Positions 12,301 through 22,869 are shown, numbered from the stretch's first letter. The stretch is DNA of 64,000 nucleotides from an uncultured Acidobacteriota bacterium (GCA_963796275.1 CAWCKY010000006.1:1152001-1216000), one strand, 5' to 3'. Made by a program: numbers and translations. The notes: a model not told the origin generated them from the letters alone.

Positions 12301-12597
12301 ATGCAGGCGGGCGGCAAGAACTTATTCCAAGAGTTGCAAACCGGTCAGAGACTTGGTAATGCTGGCCGCAATATTTTGCGGGCCGATGGGATTTTTGATC
12401 TGGGCTTCGGTTTCCTCAAGAACACTCGTCTCGCCGAGGGCCAACAGCTACAGTTCCGCGCCGATATGTTCAATGCGACGAACACTCGCAACTTCGGCAT
12501 TCCTGAAGGCCGAGTCGGCGCGCCAGGGTTCCTCAATCAATGGTCGACTGACGGCGGAAAGCGGCGCATCATTCTCGGCTTGAGATACACGTTCTAA
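9355..12597 (+). CDS. TonB-dependent receptor, Oar-like, with N-terminal carboxypeptidase-regulatory-like domain
   Basis: Signal peptide; GTISGSVAD...YEITVEAPGF; NNFMVDGQD, AEYGRNSG, FAQDEWK; C-terminal LGLRYTF; GAGGAGG RBS. Confidence 0.93.
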   Translation: MKKALGRGILILVALISVSWQALAQTTGTISGSVADERQALLPNATVVARNVETNTSRRATTDGEGRYRFSNLPVGNYEITVEAPGFAKYVRTGITLALNQNAVVDIPMNPSAVSEIVTVTENASLLNTSNSEVGVRFDSRRISELPLATNRNIFNVALSAAGVSQLASGQQDFANGLSFSSNGGRVRSNNFMVDGQDINDPSVAGSQQPLNNPDIVQEVRLITNQFAAEYGRNSGSIVNIVTKSGTNEYHGSLFWFHNNNRLNTCSNLDKAGSMDSGYCDPNGIGARQGSPYRIENQFGGTLGGPIKLPGLYDGKDKTWFFGSLQRWSDRQALPGATLNGAPTEAGRQILQAAAGDRPQVAALLRFLPPAQSPNGNSRPFTIGGQTYSVPLGDLTGSTAFKFDDWQWSGRVDHQFNSNHRLGGRYLYDDALTLGEGQVTPPGLTTIVPARSQAASVSLSSIIGSRLVNDVRLSWSRFGSRSTASDLSSQAIPSIEITDLGLTGFNAADSRTAIGLAVNLPQFRFNNTYQIQDTLAWTRDSHNLKFGVSLQRTQVRSFFFPTIRGLLRYDKLQNYIDDVANAANINKSLPGGSEVQYYNYYDHSFFAQDEWKVTPNFTLNFGLRYELPNNSVANLVPFNDQIVAAAGGDERYRFTPVPQKDTNNFQPRFGFNWRVLGLGFLSGKEGLVLRGGYARTNDSSFININLNVASAFPYVAAISLQANDLQADGTRKINNAFTRLPGAQSFQDPLQFTRTIVGDDFRSPNYDQFSLELQREFGRDVVMRVGYVGTRGTGLFQTLDGNPRIPSVCNPTTTFNCRVDPARGVIRLRANAASSIYHSLQVSMDKRLSRGFSAGVHYTWSAFIDTASEVFNPSSGEVAVAQDSFNLSADRARSAYDRPHRFTGNVVYELPFFRDQKGTTGHFLGGWQLNSFFTIQSGAPYTVLNGADPGNALSGIDSLVGMAIRPNLNSSLDISSMTILELMQAGGKNLFQELQTGQRLGNAGRNILRADGIFDLGFGFLKNTRLAEGQQLQFRADMFNATNTRNFGIPEGRVGAPGFLNQWSTDGGKRRIILGLRYTF

Positions 12598-12632
12598 AGT
12601 CGGGGAATTCACCGCAATCGTCGCAAAAAACA

Positions 12633-12667
12633 AAAGGCACAAAAGATTCGCTTTCTTTTGTGCCTTT
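12633..12667. terminator. 14-bp inverted repeat between convergent TonB receptor and tal; likely bidirectional terminator
   Basis: AAAGGCACAAAAGA-N7-TCTTTTGTGCCTTT. Confidence 0.65.
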
Positions 12668-12694
12668 GCCTTTTACAGTTTCTAACGGTTCACT

Positions 12695-13834
12695 TTAACG
12701 GCTCGTGCCGCTCTTCAGCGCCGCCTGCTTCGATTTAATGCTGGCCAACAGGCTCTCATACGAATCGGCAAAAGCCTTGACGCCATCATCCTGCAACTGC
12801 TGGCAGACCTGTTGAAGATCGATTCCAGCCTCGGCGACCCTCGCGAGCGTCTCTTTCGCCTCGGCCAGATTCCTTTCCAGACTGAGGCTGACCTTGCCGT
12901 GATCACGGAAAGGTTCGAATGTCTGGGGCGGAAGCGTGTTGACCGTGTCCGGCCCGATGAGCGCTTCTACGTACATCACATCCGGATAATTGGGATTCTT
13001 GGTGCTAGTGCTCGCCCACAGAGGGCGTTGTACACGCGCACCCTGCTTCTTGAGCTTGGTGAATCGCTCGTTCGCGAATATCTCCTTGAATTTCTGGTAT
13101 TGGAGTTTCGAACACGCGATCGCGACATTGCCGAGCAGCGCGGATAACCGGGATTTCTCGGCGTCATCTTTCGTGCTGTCGATCCGTGCTTCCAGTTGTT
13201 TATCGATAGCCGTATCGATGCGGCTGACGAAGACGCTGGCGACCGATGCGACGTGATCGAGCGGTAACCCGGCGGCCGCTCTCTCTTCGAGCCCCGAGAT
13301 GTAGGCGTTGGCCACCTGTTCGTAGTTGGCGAGCGCGAAGATCATCGTCACGTTGATGTTGATACCCGCGGCTATCGACCGCTGGATAGCCGGGATTCCC
13401 GCCGGAGTAGCCGGAATCTTGATCATCGCATTCGGCCGATTGAGCGCAGCCCATAACCGCCGAGCCTCGGCGACAGTCGCCTCGGTGTCGTGCGCCAACA
13501 ACGGCGAAACTTCCAGGCTGACATAACCGTCAAACCTGTTCGTTCGCTCATAGACCGGTTTGAAAATATCGGTCGCACGCCGAATATCATCGGTGGCGAG
13601 CGCTTCATATATTTCAATGACGCTCCTTCCATCCGTTATCAGCTTCTGCATCGCATCGTTGTAATCGGAACTTCCCGTGATCGCCTTCTCGAAGATCGTC
13701 GGATTGGATGTCACGCCGCGAAGGCCGTCCTCAGAGATCATTCGAGCAAGATCGCCGTTCTCAAGTATCGCGCGACGAATGTTGTCGTACCAGATACTTT
13801 GTCCCAACTTTTGTAATTCGATTAGTGGATTCAT
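12695..13834 (-). CDS. tal: Transaldolase
   Basis: GQSIWYD, GVTSNPTIF, VSLEVSP, MIKIPAT, FVSRID, RPLWASTSTK. Confidence 0.96.
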   Translation of the reverse strand: MNPLIELQKLGQSIWYDNIRRAILENGDLARMISEDGLRGVTSNPTIFEKAITGSSDYNDAMQKLITDGRSVIEIYEALATDDIRRATDIFKPVYERTNRFDGYVSLEVSPLLAHDTEATVAEARRLWAALNRPNAMIKIPATPAGIPAIQRSIAAGININVTMIFALANYEQVANAYISGLEERAAAGLPLDHVASVASVFVSRIDTAIDKQLEARIDSTKDDAEKSRLSALLGNVAIACSKLQYQKFKEIFANERFTKLKKQGARVQRPLWASTSTKNPNYPDVMYVEALIGPDTVNTLPPQTFEPFRDHGKVSLSLERNLAEAKETLARVAEAGIDLQQVCQQLQDDGVKAFADSYESLLASIKSKQAALKSGTSR

Positions 13835-13876
13835 AATCCTCCTTCATCATTTAAGGGCAACATTATTAATTATGGA

Positions 13877-13956
13877 AACAAAAAAGACAAAAAAGGCAAA
13901 AGCGTTTGAATTCCAGGCTTTTGCCTCTTTGCACCCGGTTGCCTCTTTTTGTCTTT
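13877..13956. repeat. Imperfect palindrome built from ~9-nt units
   Basis: acaaaaaagacaaaaaaggcaaaagc ... gcttttgcctctttgcacccggttgcctctttttgtc. Confidence 0.6.
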
Positions 13957-14023
13957 AGTGTCGATACTTTGCATTCCAATCGAAAGAAATTTCGGTAATG
14001 ATCCCGTTCGCATTACATTAAGG

Positions 14024-15563
14024 CTAAATCACATCTGCTCCATTCGCAATCAATAAATCATAAAATTTCTCTTGCCGAATTCGGCCGCGCAGATAGAGTT
14101 CGCGCTTTCCTGCGTTCGGTTCGAACACTTCGCCCAGCGGTGTGGAGGTGGGGTCAAATCCCGCGATCATTCCGAACGCTTTGAGAGCCAGCATCGCTGC
14201 TCCGCGGCTCGACGCTTCCTGAACCGCAGAGGCCGCAACCGGCACGCCGATGACATCTGCCATCATCTGCGTCCAAACCTGCGAATGCAGAATGGCGCCG
14301 CCCGAGGCGATGATCCTGGCATTGCCGGGCAATTCCGCAGTCAAACGTTCGTATATCGCAGCAAAACGATAACAGACCGATTCGAGAGAAGCCTGCAATA
14401 TATCGATCGGTCGCGTGCTCAGGTTCATCCCGACGATCGCGGCGCGCGCTGAATCATTCCAGCCCGTGCTGCGTTCGCCCGAGAAGAATGGGAGGACGGT
14501 CAATCCGTGGCCGTCCGGTTCCATCGCACCGATCTGCTCCTCTAACGCCTCCTCATCCGCCGCCGTCAGTTGGCCGAGACGTAAAGTCCTCGTGCACCAG
14601 GCATAGACATCGCCGCCGTTCGAGAGAGCACCCCCAATCAATGCATAGCGATGATTTGCGCGATAGCACCACAGGCCTTTCGGGAATCTGTACTTGCTCC
14701 GCGGGCCAGCACACGCGCATCGCGCCCGATGTGCCGACGTTGATCGCTATCGAATCACGTGTGAAGCACCCCGAACCGATGTTGCTGCAAGCTCCGTCGC
14801 CGGCAGCCGGAAGCCATTTCGCTTCGCTCAGCGCCGGCCATCGCCCGCTGAACTCCCGCCTCATTCTGCTCAGCCCTTCATTCTCTTGAGCCAGCGGTGA
14901 TAGATGGTCCGAAGAGATCTTTATCGCCGAAAGCATCTCATCGTCCCAGCGGTTCAGATTGGGATTGAACAATCCGGTCCCTGATGCCATCGAGACGCCA
15001 CACAAATACCGGCCGAACACTTTGAAATATAGGTATTCTCCGATCGACACCCATCGCGCGACACCGGCGGCCAACTTCGGGTCGGTCCGGCGCAGCCAGA
15101 GTATCTTTGCCGGATAATAGCTCGCGTGCGGCACGACGCCGGTGCGCGCGTGCACCCAATCGACGCCGAATAGCTCGGCGAGATTCCTGGCGTCGGCGGC
15201 GCTCCGCGTATCGCTCCAGTTGTAGAGCGGCGTTATCGCGTTATTCTCGCGATCGACGCCGAGCATCGCGTGCCAGAAGTTGCTGTACCCGACGCCTCCG
15301 ATAGCCTGGTTGACATCAGGGAGCAATGCCGTTGCCTGGGTCAGACATTCGTCGATGGTGGCGCAGATGATCTCGACCAACCTGTCTGCATTTATCTCGA
15401 CGCCGCCATCCGATGTGACCGACATCTGGTATTGCGTTCGGCCTTCGATCCCCTCGAGCGCTTCTCCGCGCGAATCGTAGAGTACTGCGCGTACCGATGA
15501 AGTCCCGACATCGAGCGCGAGGACAAGTGGACGCAAAGCGTTTACTGGAGTGGTGGTGGACAT
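14024..15563 (-). pseudogene. gntK: FGGY-family gluconokinase split by one extra base near 14678-14680; possibly a sequencing error
   Basis: LALDVGTSSVRA, ASGTGLFN, GDGACSNIGSG, PFFSGERS, EASSRGAA; removing one A from gaaaggc restores IPEGLWCYR; adjacent to tal. Confidence 0.85.
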
Positions 15564-15853
15564 TGCGAATTTTATTCAACCGATTATTGATGTGCGCTTT
15601 TCTCCATCATATCCTTTGAAAAGCCGAAGTAAAAGAAAAACATTTGTTATTATTTTTCTAAGGTATTAGCATGCTCCCCGTCCAGAATAGGTACCAGAGC
15701 AAACAGCCGATTGAATTAGCGTTCTATTCATCGGCGATAACGCAAAAAAAAGAACCGATAGACAAGATATACAGGATTCGTAGGATGTATCGTCAGCAAT
15801 CCTTTCTCCTGATAATTCCTGTCAGTCTCGTCTAATTCCATCGGGAGGTCAGA

Positions 15854-16477
15854 ATGAGCCATAAACTGAAACTCTTCCTCGCTCTATGGGTTTTTTTACT
15901 GTTAGTGAGTGCCATTGTTGCAGGGCAATCCGGACGGAGGCAAAAGTCGGGGAAACAACCTCCGGTACAGGGCGTCAATCAGCCGGAGGCGCGTGTCGAG
16001 CCGGCGCCACAGGGGCCGCCGGAAAGACCGCCGAGCAAGGAGCCCGACCGCGTGATTATGGTCGCGAGCGCTATGCCGGATATGATGATGCCCATCTTTT
16101 ATGCCGACATCGCCCGCCAGGGATGCCTCAAAGAACTCCGCGCCGCTTTGAAATCTATTGATCTCCGCGAAGGAAGCAATCAAACGCGTTCGGATGCAAT
16201 CAAGGCCGCCAAAGATACGGGAGCCTATGTCGTGCACATGGAGATCGAACCGGATCAACTTGGCGGTTCGTCAACCAATGTCGGGGTTCGTTATACAATC
16301 TTCGAGCCTAAAACAGGTAAGGTTGCAGGCTCCGGATCAGGTTATCCCTCTCAACCATCGGGCGGCCTCCCAATACCACCGCCGGTTGGATCTCGTGAAC
16401 AGGTTTATCTCGAATGGATGGGGCGCGACGTCGCGCGGCAGGTGATGAAACGATTGAACCTTGTTCCCATAATTTAA
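15854..16477 (+). CDS. Exported hypothetical protein with Pro-rich linker
   Basis: Hydrophobic N-terminus followed by QSGRR; GGAGG RBS; 15 nt upstream of the kinase gene. Confidence 0.7.
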   Translation: MSHKLKLFLALWVFLLLVSAIVAGQSGRRQKSGKQPPVQGVNQPEARVEPAPQGPPERPPSKEPDRVIMVASAMPDMMMPIFYADIARQGCLKELRAALKSIDLREGSNQTRSDAIKAAKDTGAYVVHMEIEPDQLGGSSTNVGVRYTIFEPKTGKVAGSGSGYPSQPSGGLPIPPPVGSREQVYLEWMGRDVARQVMKRLNLVPII

Positions 16478-16492
16478 GAGTACCGAGTCGCC

Positions 16493-18943
16493 TTGTTCTC
16501 ACAAACTATCTCCCATTACCGCATTCTGAATCAGCTCGGCACGAGCCTCACTGGCGATGTATATCTGGCTGAAGACACGCACATCGGTCGGAGGGTCGCC
16601 ATTACGCTCCTGCCCAAATGGTGTGATATCGATCGCATGCAGAGTCTCTCGCGGGAGTGCCACACCATATCCTCGCTCAATCATCCGAACATCCGGACGG
16701 TCTATGAAGTCGGCCACGACAGATCGCAATATTTCATCGCCACCGAGTTTATTGAAGGACCGACGATGCGCGATTATCTCGGTTACACGCGTTTGCAACT
16801 CGATGAAGCGATCGATCTGGCGTTACAGATTCTGGCGGGACTTGATGCCGCGCACGCGGCGGGCGTATTACACCGGGATCTCAGGCCGGAGAATATTGTG
16901 CTCAGCTCCGATCGGATCGTGAAAGTCTGCGATTTCGGCCTCGCAAAACTCTCCGAGGAGGGTACGCGGACGGCCGAATCGGCAGATGTATCCGATATCA
17001 CCGAAGAGTTGAAATATGATGAAGCGCAGCCGATTGCCCATTACTCGGCAGATATTGAGGCCGAATTCGATCCCTATAAAACCCAACCAATGCCAAAACC
17101 CGTCACACATTCGTTTAATCTGCCAACTGTCGATCAGTTGCGCGGATTATCCACAGGTTTGTGGTGGAAAGCGACTATCGGTTACCTAGCACCCGAACAG
17201 ATACGAGGCGAAGTTGTAGACGAACGCAGCGACGTCTTCAGTTTCGGCGTTGTGTTTTATGAGATGTGTGCCGGGCGGCTGCCGTTTGAAGGCGGCGGTG
17301 TGGCGGATGTCCTGGACTCGATATTGCAGAGCGAGCCGCCGCCGGTCCGGCATTTTATGCCTGAAGCGCCGGAGGAACTGGAACGAATCATCGAAAAAGC
17401 GCTCGCAAAAAAACGCGACGATCGTTACCAGCGGGCGTCCGACTGGCTGAACGATCTGCGGAGCCTGAAACACCGCTTGGAATTCGAAGCGAAGCGCCAG
17501 CTTAGAGCAATTCGCGAAGCGGGAGAACGCCGTGTCATTTCAAGACCGGGGTTGACGAGAAGCCGGAGCGAGGTGGTTGATTCAATCGCCGTTCTGCCTA
17601 TCTCGAATGCCGGTAATGACCGGGAGGCGGAATATCTTTGCGACGGGATCACCGAGGGGATCATCAATACGCTCTCGCGCCTGCCCGGTTTACGGGTGAT
17701 GGCGCGCAGCACGGTTTTTCGTTACAAAGGACGCGATGTCTATCCGCAGGATGTCGGCCGCGAACTGAGTGTCCGCGCTATCTTCATCGGACGACTGCTG
17801 CGGCGCGGGGAAAATATCGTCATCAAGACGGAATTGGTCGATGCGAGCGATGGCGCGCTTCTATTGGCCGAGCAGTATCAGAGAAAATCGGGCGACATCT
17901 TTGAACTTGAGGCCGATATTTCAAAACAGATATCTGACCACCTGCGGATCAAGATCGCCGGCGCGCAGCTGCGATCCGGGGGCCAAACGATCAACCCCGA
18001 GGCGTACGACCTCTACCTGAAGGGCCGGTTCTTCTGGAACCAGCGCAGCCCGGCGGCAATGAAGAAGGGCATAGAATATTTCGTTCAAGCGATCAAAAAA
18101 GACGCGAATTATGCCCAGGCTCACTCGGGTTTGGCCGACTGTTATACGTTGTTGAGCTGGTCGAGCGTGCCCCCCCGGCAATTCGTTCCGAAGGCTCGGA
18201 TGTCGGTGACGAAAGCCCTGGAGATTGACGATCAGCTTGCCGAAGCCCGCGCGTCATTGGGCTTCATCAGGCTCTGGTACGACTGGGATATCATCAGCGC
18301 CGAGCAGGAATTTCTGCAGGCCATCGAGCTCAATCCGAACTACCCGACGGCGCACCACTGGTACTCATTCTGTCTTTTCGCGATGGAGAGATATGAGGAG
18401 GCTATGGAGCGCATCCGGTACGCTCTGGAAATAGACCCGCTATCATTGATCATCAACGCGGACATCGGCGAACAACTCTACCGCCGGCGCCGCTATGACG
18501 AAGCGCTCGAGCAATTTCAACAGTCGCTCGAATTGGATCCGTCCTTCGATATCGCGAAGTACTGGATGCTGAGGACATGGTTGGAAGTCGGGAGAGTCTC
18601 GGAGACGATCCCGGAACTGGAGGCGGTACCTGCTGAAGATGGCCAGTATGGTTATACCGCGCTCCTAGCTATCGCCTATTCCCGGGCGGGAAGGAGCGAG
18701 GATGCGCGCAACATCCTCAATGAGTTGCAGGCGGTTGCAGATACCCGTTACGTTCCGCCCTATTATCTGGCGATGATCGCGGCGAGCGTGGGGGAGATTG
18801 ATCAGGCATTCTCATGGCTCGATAATGCATATCAGGAGCGAAGCGGATGGATCCCCTGGCTCAAGCAGGACCCGCTCGCTGACGGATTGCGTGCAGATGC
18901 ACGGTTCGAAGATTTACTGCGGAAAGTCGGATTGAAATTTTGA
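16493..18943 (+). CDS. Hanks-type Ser/Thr kinase-like domain + TolB-N-like domain + TPR repeats; ATP-binding motifs degenerate
   Basis: HRDLRPEN, DFGLAK, APEQ, SDVFSFG; SIAVLP...DGITE; EAYDLYLKGR and following TPRs. Confidence 0.9.
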   Translation: MFSQTISHYRILNQLGTSLTGDVYLAEDTHIGRRVAITLLPKWCDIDRMQSLSRECHTISSLNHPNIRTVYEVGHDRSQYFIATEFIEGPTMRDYLGYTRLQLDEAIDLALQILAGLDAAHAAGVLHRDLRPENIVLSSDRIVKVCDFGLAKLSEEGTRTAESADVSDITEELKYDEAQPIAHYSADIEAEFDPYKTQPMPKPVTHSFNLPTVDQLRGLSTGLWWKATIGYLAPEQIRGEVVDERSDVFSFGVVFYEMCAGRLPFEGGGVADVLDSILQSEPPPVRHFMPEAPEELERIIEKALAKKRDDRYQRASDWLNDLRSLKHRLEFEAKRQLRAIREAGERRVISRPGLTRSRSEVVDSIAVLPISNAGNDREAEYLCDGITEGIINTLSRLPGLRVMARSTVFRYKGRDVYPQDVGRELSVRAIFIGRLLRRGENIVIKTELVDASDGALLLAEQYQRKSGDIFELEADISKQISDHLRIKIAGAQLRSGGQTINPEAYDLYLKGRFFWNQRSPAAMKKGIEYFVQAIKKDANYAQAHSGLADCYTLLSWSSVPPRQFVPKARMSVTKALEIDDQLAEARASLGFIRLWYDWDIISAEQEFLQAIELNPNYPTAHHWYSFCLFAMERYEEAMERIRYALEIDPLSLIINADIGEQLYRRRRYDEALEQFQQSLELDPSFDIAKYWMLRTWLEVGRVSETIPELEAVPAEDGQYGYTALLAIAYSRAGRSEDARNILNELQAVADTRYVPPYYLAMIAASVGEIDQAFSWLDNAYQERSGWIPWLKQDPLADGLRADARFEDLLRKVGLKF

Positions 18944-18960
18944 TGAGAGATGGAAATTTA

Positions 18961-19031
18961 GACAGGATTTACCGGGATTTTCAGAAAATCGCTCGGGCAG
19001 TTAAATTCTGAAAAATCCTGTGGATCCTGTT
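18961..19031. repeat. Imperfect palindrome of CAGGAT-type units; related element at 15761-15823
   Basis: gacaggatttaccgggattttcagaa ... ttctgaaaaatcctgtggatcctgt. Confidence 0.6.
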
Positions 19032-19061
19032 TATTTTCATGCGAATTAAATAGAGAGGTAT

Positions 19062-20210
19062 GTGATGAGCAATCGAGTACGCACGATCGTTGCGGGCGCA
19101 ACCGGATATTCGGGACGCGATCTGATCGGTCTCTTATTGAACCATCCTCATTTCGAACTGGTGGGCGCATACGCATCTGGTGAAGCGGCGCCGCTGGCGG
19201 CGATCCATCCTCAACTGACAGGTCTGACGCAACTCGATTGTCTGCCATACGATCAGGCTGCCATCGCGCGGCTGGAACCCGATCTGATATTCCTCGCGAC
19301 ACCCAACGAGTTCTCACACGAGGTCGTACCCGTGCTCCTGGAAAGCATTTCAGCGGGCGCTGCGAGGACGAAAGAAACAGCTAAGCGAACCGGGGCAACC
19401 AAGCCAACCGGCGCAAAAACCGTGGCAACCGGGGCAACTGGGGCAACTGGGGCAACTGGGGCAACTGGAATCACAGTGGTCGATCTGAGCGGCGCTTTCA
19501 GGCTGTGTGATGCTGCTCTTTATCCCAAGTATTACGGGTTCGAACACAAGCGGCCGGACCTCTTACTGCAGGCAGTATATGGGTTGACTGAATTTGTACG
19601 CGAGCAGCTAAAAAATGCCAGGCTGATCGCCAATCCTGGCTGCTATCCGACGTCGATTCTGATTCCCATGATTCCACTGATTAAGGCGGATCTTGTCGAC
19701 GACCAGCAGCCGGTCATATGCGATTCAAAGTCTGGAGTGACGGGGGCAGGGAAATCGCCCGCCTCGACGACCCATTTTGTCGAAGTGAGCGAAAGCTTCA
19801 GAGCCTACAATGTCTTCAGGCATCGCCACACTCCGGAGATCGCCCAGGTTTTGGGTTTGCACGGCGAATCGCTGATCTTTACGCCGCACCTGCTCCCGAT
19901 CAACAGGGGGATACTCTCGACGATCTATATTCGTTTGAAGAAGGGTGTCTCCCGCCGGGATATTCTGAAAGTCTGGCAAGGCGCATTTGAATCGGACCCG
20001 TATGTGCGGGTCTTTGACGGTCCGCAGCTTCCTGAGATCAAATTCGTCGCCAACACCCCGTTCTGCGACATCGGATGCGCCGTCGATGAGTCGAGCGGGC
20101 AGGCGATTATCGTTTCAGCCATCGACAACCTGCTCAAGGGAGCAGCCAGCCAGGCGCTGCAGAATGCCAACATCGCATTTGGGTTCGATGAAAGAGCAGG
20201 TATGAGATGA
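19062..20210 (+). CDS. argC: N-acetyl-gamma-glutamyl-phosphate reductase with a low-complexity insertion
   Basis: [22 protein letters not shown] catalytic Cys, [26 protein letters not shown]. Confidence 0.96.
   Translation: MMSNRVRTIVAGATGYSGRDLIGLLLNHPHFELVGAYASGEAAPLAAIHPQLTGLTQLDCLPYDQAAIARLEPDLIFLATPNEFSHEVVPVLLESISAGAARTKETAKRTGATKPTGAKTVATGATGATGATGATGITVVDLSGAFRLCDAALYPKYYGFEHKRPDLLLQAVYGLTEFVREQLKNARLIANPGCYPTSILIPMIPLIKADLVDDQQPVICDSKSGVTGAGKSPASTTHFVEVSESFRAYNVFRHRHTPEIAQVLGLHGESLIFTPHLLPINRGILSTIYIRLKKGVSRRDILKVWQGAFESDPYVRVFDGPQLPEIKFVANTPFCDIGCAVDESSGQAIIVSAIDNLLKGAASQALQNANIAFGFDERAGMR
19422..19466 (+). repeat. In-frame 9-nt tandem repeat (GGGGCAACT)x4 plus one degenerate unit, encoding GAT repeats inside argC
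   Basis: Units start at 19431, 19440, 19449, 19458; preceded by GTGGCAACC. Confidence 0.92.
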
Positions 20211-20995
20211 GGCGCACGGTCATTAAGCTCGGTGGAAGCGTTTTGAGCGATGCAGCGCTTCGCCGAACACTTATCACACAGATTGGTGAACTCAGTCGAT
20301 CGAATTTCGAATTGATGCTCGTTCACGGAGGTGGCAAACAGATCGCCTCATTGCTCGCTGAACTCGGGATCGAATCGCGCTTTCACGACGGCCTGAGAAT
20401 CACAGATGATGCCACGCGCGATATCGCCCAGATGGTGCTGGCTGGAGGGGTGGGCAAGGGCCTGATAGCCGATCTGGCGAAAGTTGGGATAGCCGCAGTC
20501 AGTATTACCGGCGGAGATGGAATGAGTTTTCTTGCCGAGAAGATGAAGGCCGCAGATGGTACTGACCTGGGGTTCGTCGGCCGCATCGTCAAGACCGACC
20601 CGGCATTGATAGAAGTTATGCTGGCGGCGCGTTTGATGCCTGTAGTCGCGTGTCTGGGTCTCGGAATAGAGGACCGCGAATACTACAACATCAACGGCGA
20701 CCAGATGGCGGCTGCGGTGGCATCTGGGTGCAAGGCCGATACCCTGGTCTTCGTCACCGATGTCGGCGGAGTGAGGGATGAACGAGGCGGACAGATCGCG
20801 CAGCTCGATCGTGCGCGGATCGATCGTCTGCTCGAAAGCGGTGTGGCGAGCGGTGGAATGCGGCCGAAGCTTCGCGCGTGTTGCGAGGCGCTGGAGTCGG
20901 GGATCAAACGGATTTTGATCATAGGCGCGGCGGATGAGAGCTCACTGCTGCGTGCGCTCAAGAGCGGAGAGTCGATCGGGACGCTGATTTCTTAA
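20207..20995 (+). CDS. argB: Acetylglutamate kinase
   Basis: [38 protein letters not shown]; ATGA overlap with argC. Confidence 0.94.
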   Translation: MRRTVIKLGGSVLSDAALRRTLITQIGELSRSNFELMLVHGGGKQIASLLAELGIESRFHDGLRITDDATRDIAQMVLAGGVGKGLIADLAKVGIAAVSITGGDGMSFLAEKMKAADGTDLGFVGRIVKTDPALIEVMLAARLMPVVACLGLGIEDREYYNINGDQMAAAVASGCKADTLVFVTDVGGVRDERGGQIAQLDRARIDRLLESGVASGGMRPKLRACCEALESGIKRILIIGAADESSLLRALKSGESIGTLIS

Positions 20996-21057
20996 ATTGC
21001 GATTACAATCTTCCAGGTTCGAAAAGTAAGTAAGGAATTTAATACTTTATAAAACCC

Positions 21058-21465
21058 ATGGCGGAATATCTCTTCGTTTACGGCACATTGCGTTCCCAAC
21101 TCGTACCGCCGGATCTCAGTGGGCTGGTGCAACAATTGCGTAGATTCGGCGCCGCATCCGCGCGCGGGCATCTGTACGACCTCGGCATGTATCCCGGAGC
21201 GATTCTCGATGCGGATTGTGACAACCGGATCATAGGCGAGATCCTTGAACTGCCCGACGACAAATCAGTACTGGCCGCGTTGGATCATTACGAAGGTATC
21301 GACGGCAAACAACCCGACGCGGGCTTATTTGTGCGAACCGAGTGTCATGCCATACTCGATAACGGTCAAGCGATCGAATGTTGGGTTTACGTCTACAACG
21401 GCGAAATCTCTTCAGAGAAACTTATTGAAAGCGGAGATTATCTTGGAAACAGAAGTCATAGTTAA
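21058..21465 (+). CDS. Gamma-glutamylcyclotransferase (AIG2/YtfP-like)
   Basis: [33 protein letters not shown]. Confidence 0.88.
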   Translation: MAEYLFVYGTLRSQLVPPDLSGLVQQLRRFGAASARGHLYDLGMYPGAILDADCDNRIIGEILELPDDKSVLAALDHYEGIDGKQPDAGLFVRTECHAILDNGQAIECWVYVYNGEISSEKLIESGDYLGNRSHS

Positions 21466-22720
21466 AGAATCGACGGAATCGCCGATCACTCTCACACAAA
21501 TCCAGCAGTTAGAATCCCAATTTTTGATGCAGACTTACGCGCGCAACCCGGTGATGTTCGTGCGCGGTAAAGGCTCCACGCTCTATGATGATCAGGGGAA
21601 ACCTTATCTGGATTTCATCACGGGTATTGGGGTGAACGTGCTCGGCTACGACCACTCGCGCGTGCGGCGCGTTATGAGAGAGCAGGGTAGTCTGCTTCAC
21701 ACATCGAATCTCTATTATCACCAATATCAGGGGCAGCTTGCGGAGAGACTGGTGAAGGCTTCCGGTTTATCGCGCGTATTTTTTTGTAATACCGGCACGG
21801 AATCGGTCGAAGGCGCGCTGAAGCTGGCCCGCGCCTGGCAGCGCGCTCAGGGCCGCGCAGACAAAACGGAATTCGTCGCTCTGGTCAACTCATTTCACGG
21901 GCGCACTATGGGCGCGCTCTCCGTCACCGCGCAGGAGAAGTATCGCAAACCTTTCGAGCCGCTTATTTCGGGCGTGCGCTTCATCGATCCCGACAACGGC
22001 GGCGATAATTTTGCCGAAGCGCGAAAGGCGATAAATGAGCGAACGGCTGCAGTGATCGTCGAAACAATTCAGGGCGAATCCGGCATCCGCCCGGTCGATG
22101 ACCGGTTCCTGCGGGCTGTTCGCGAGGCTTGCGACGATGTCGATGCGCTGCTCATTCTCGATGAGGTGCAATGTGGCCTCGGTCGAACAGGGAGTACTTT
22201 CGCATTTGAAAATACCTCGGTGACGCCCGACCTGCTCTGTGTGGCGAAGCCGCTCGGATTGGGCGTCCCGCTCGGCGCATTCATTGTGGCCGAGAAAGCA
22301 GTAGATGGTTTGAAGACCGGCGACCACGGCTCGACATTCGGAGGCGGTCCGCTCGCTTGCCGGTTGAGCCTGGAATTTATGGAGATGTTGCAGGAGGACA
22401 AGTTGATGGAGCGCGTGACCGACGTCGGCGGCTATTTCATCAAGCAATTGAAAAAATTACAGACGCGTCACCCGGAAGCGATCAAAGAGGTCCGCGGCCT
22501 TGGCCTGATGGTTGGCCTGGAGATGAGTTTCCCGTGCAAGAGTGTGGCGACGAAGATGCTCGAACGAGGGTTTTTGATCAACTGTACTCACGACACGGTG
22601 CTGCGGTTCCTTCCGCCATACATCATCAAAAAATCTGAAATCGGCGCAATGTTGGCTGTTCTTGAAGAGATTATCGCCGCTCAGCAGGCGACCGGGGCCG
22701 AGCCGGGCCCTGCATTTTAA
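21443..22720 (+). CDS. argD: Acetylornithine aminotransferase (start uncertain; TTG 21443 follows GGAGA)
   Basis: [50 protein letters not shown]. Confidence 0.93.
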   Translation: METEVIVKESTESPITLTQIQQLESQFLMQTYARNPVMFVRGKGSTLYDDQGKPYLDFITGIGVNVLGYDHSRVRRVMREQGSLLHTSNLYYHQYQGQLAERLVKASGLSRVFFCNTGTESVEGALKLARAWQRAQGRADKTEFVALVNSFHGRTMGALSVTAQEKYRKPFEPLISGVRFIDPDNGGDNFAEARKAINERTAAVIVETIQGESGIRPVDDRFLRAVREACDDVDALLILDEVQCGLGRTGSTFAFENTSVTPDLLCVAKPLGLGVPLGAFIVAEKAVDGLKTGDHGSTFGGGPLACRLSLEFMEMLQEDKLMERVTDVGGYFIKQLKKLQTRHPEAIKEVRGLGLMVGLEMSFPCKSVATKMLERGFLINCTHDTVLRFLPPYIIKKSEIGAMLAVLEEIIAAQQATGAEPGPAF

Positions 22721-22811
22721 ATTTATCATTTTAAATTTTAGATTTGATATTGAGATGCAGGCTTCGCGAGTCGATGACAAATGACAAGTTTAAGATGGCA
22801 AATTTAAAATT
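22715..22811. repeat. AT-rich imperfect palindrome of ~7-nt units between convergent argD and hemA
   Basis: attttaaatttatcattttaaattt ... aagtttaagatggcaaatttaaaat. Confidence 0.55.
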
Positions 22812-22869
22812 CTTTCCCGACTGCTCCAGCAAACTTTCCGAGTCCGTTTGAGCCGAGGGAATATCCCTT

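Noticed and set aside
19422-19466. Tandem repeats (here, 61566-61663, 63409-63567) as possible CRISPR arrays
   Set aside because: Units are 7-9 nt and contiguous with no unique spacers; no cas genes seen.
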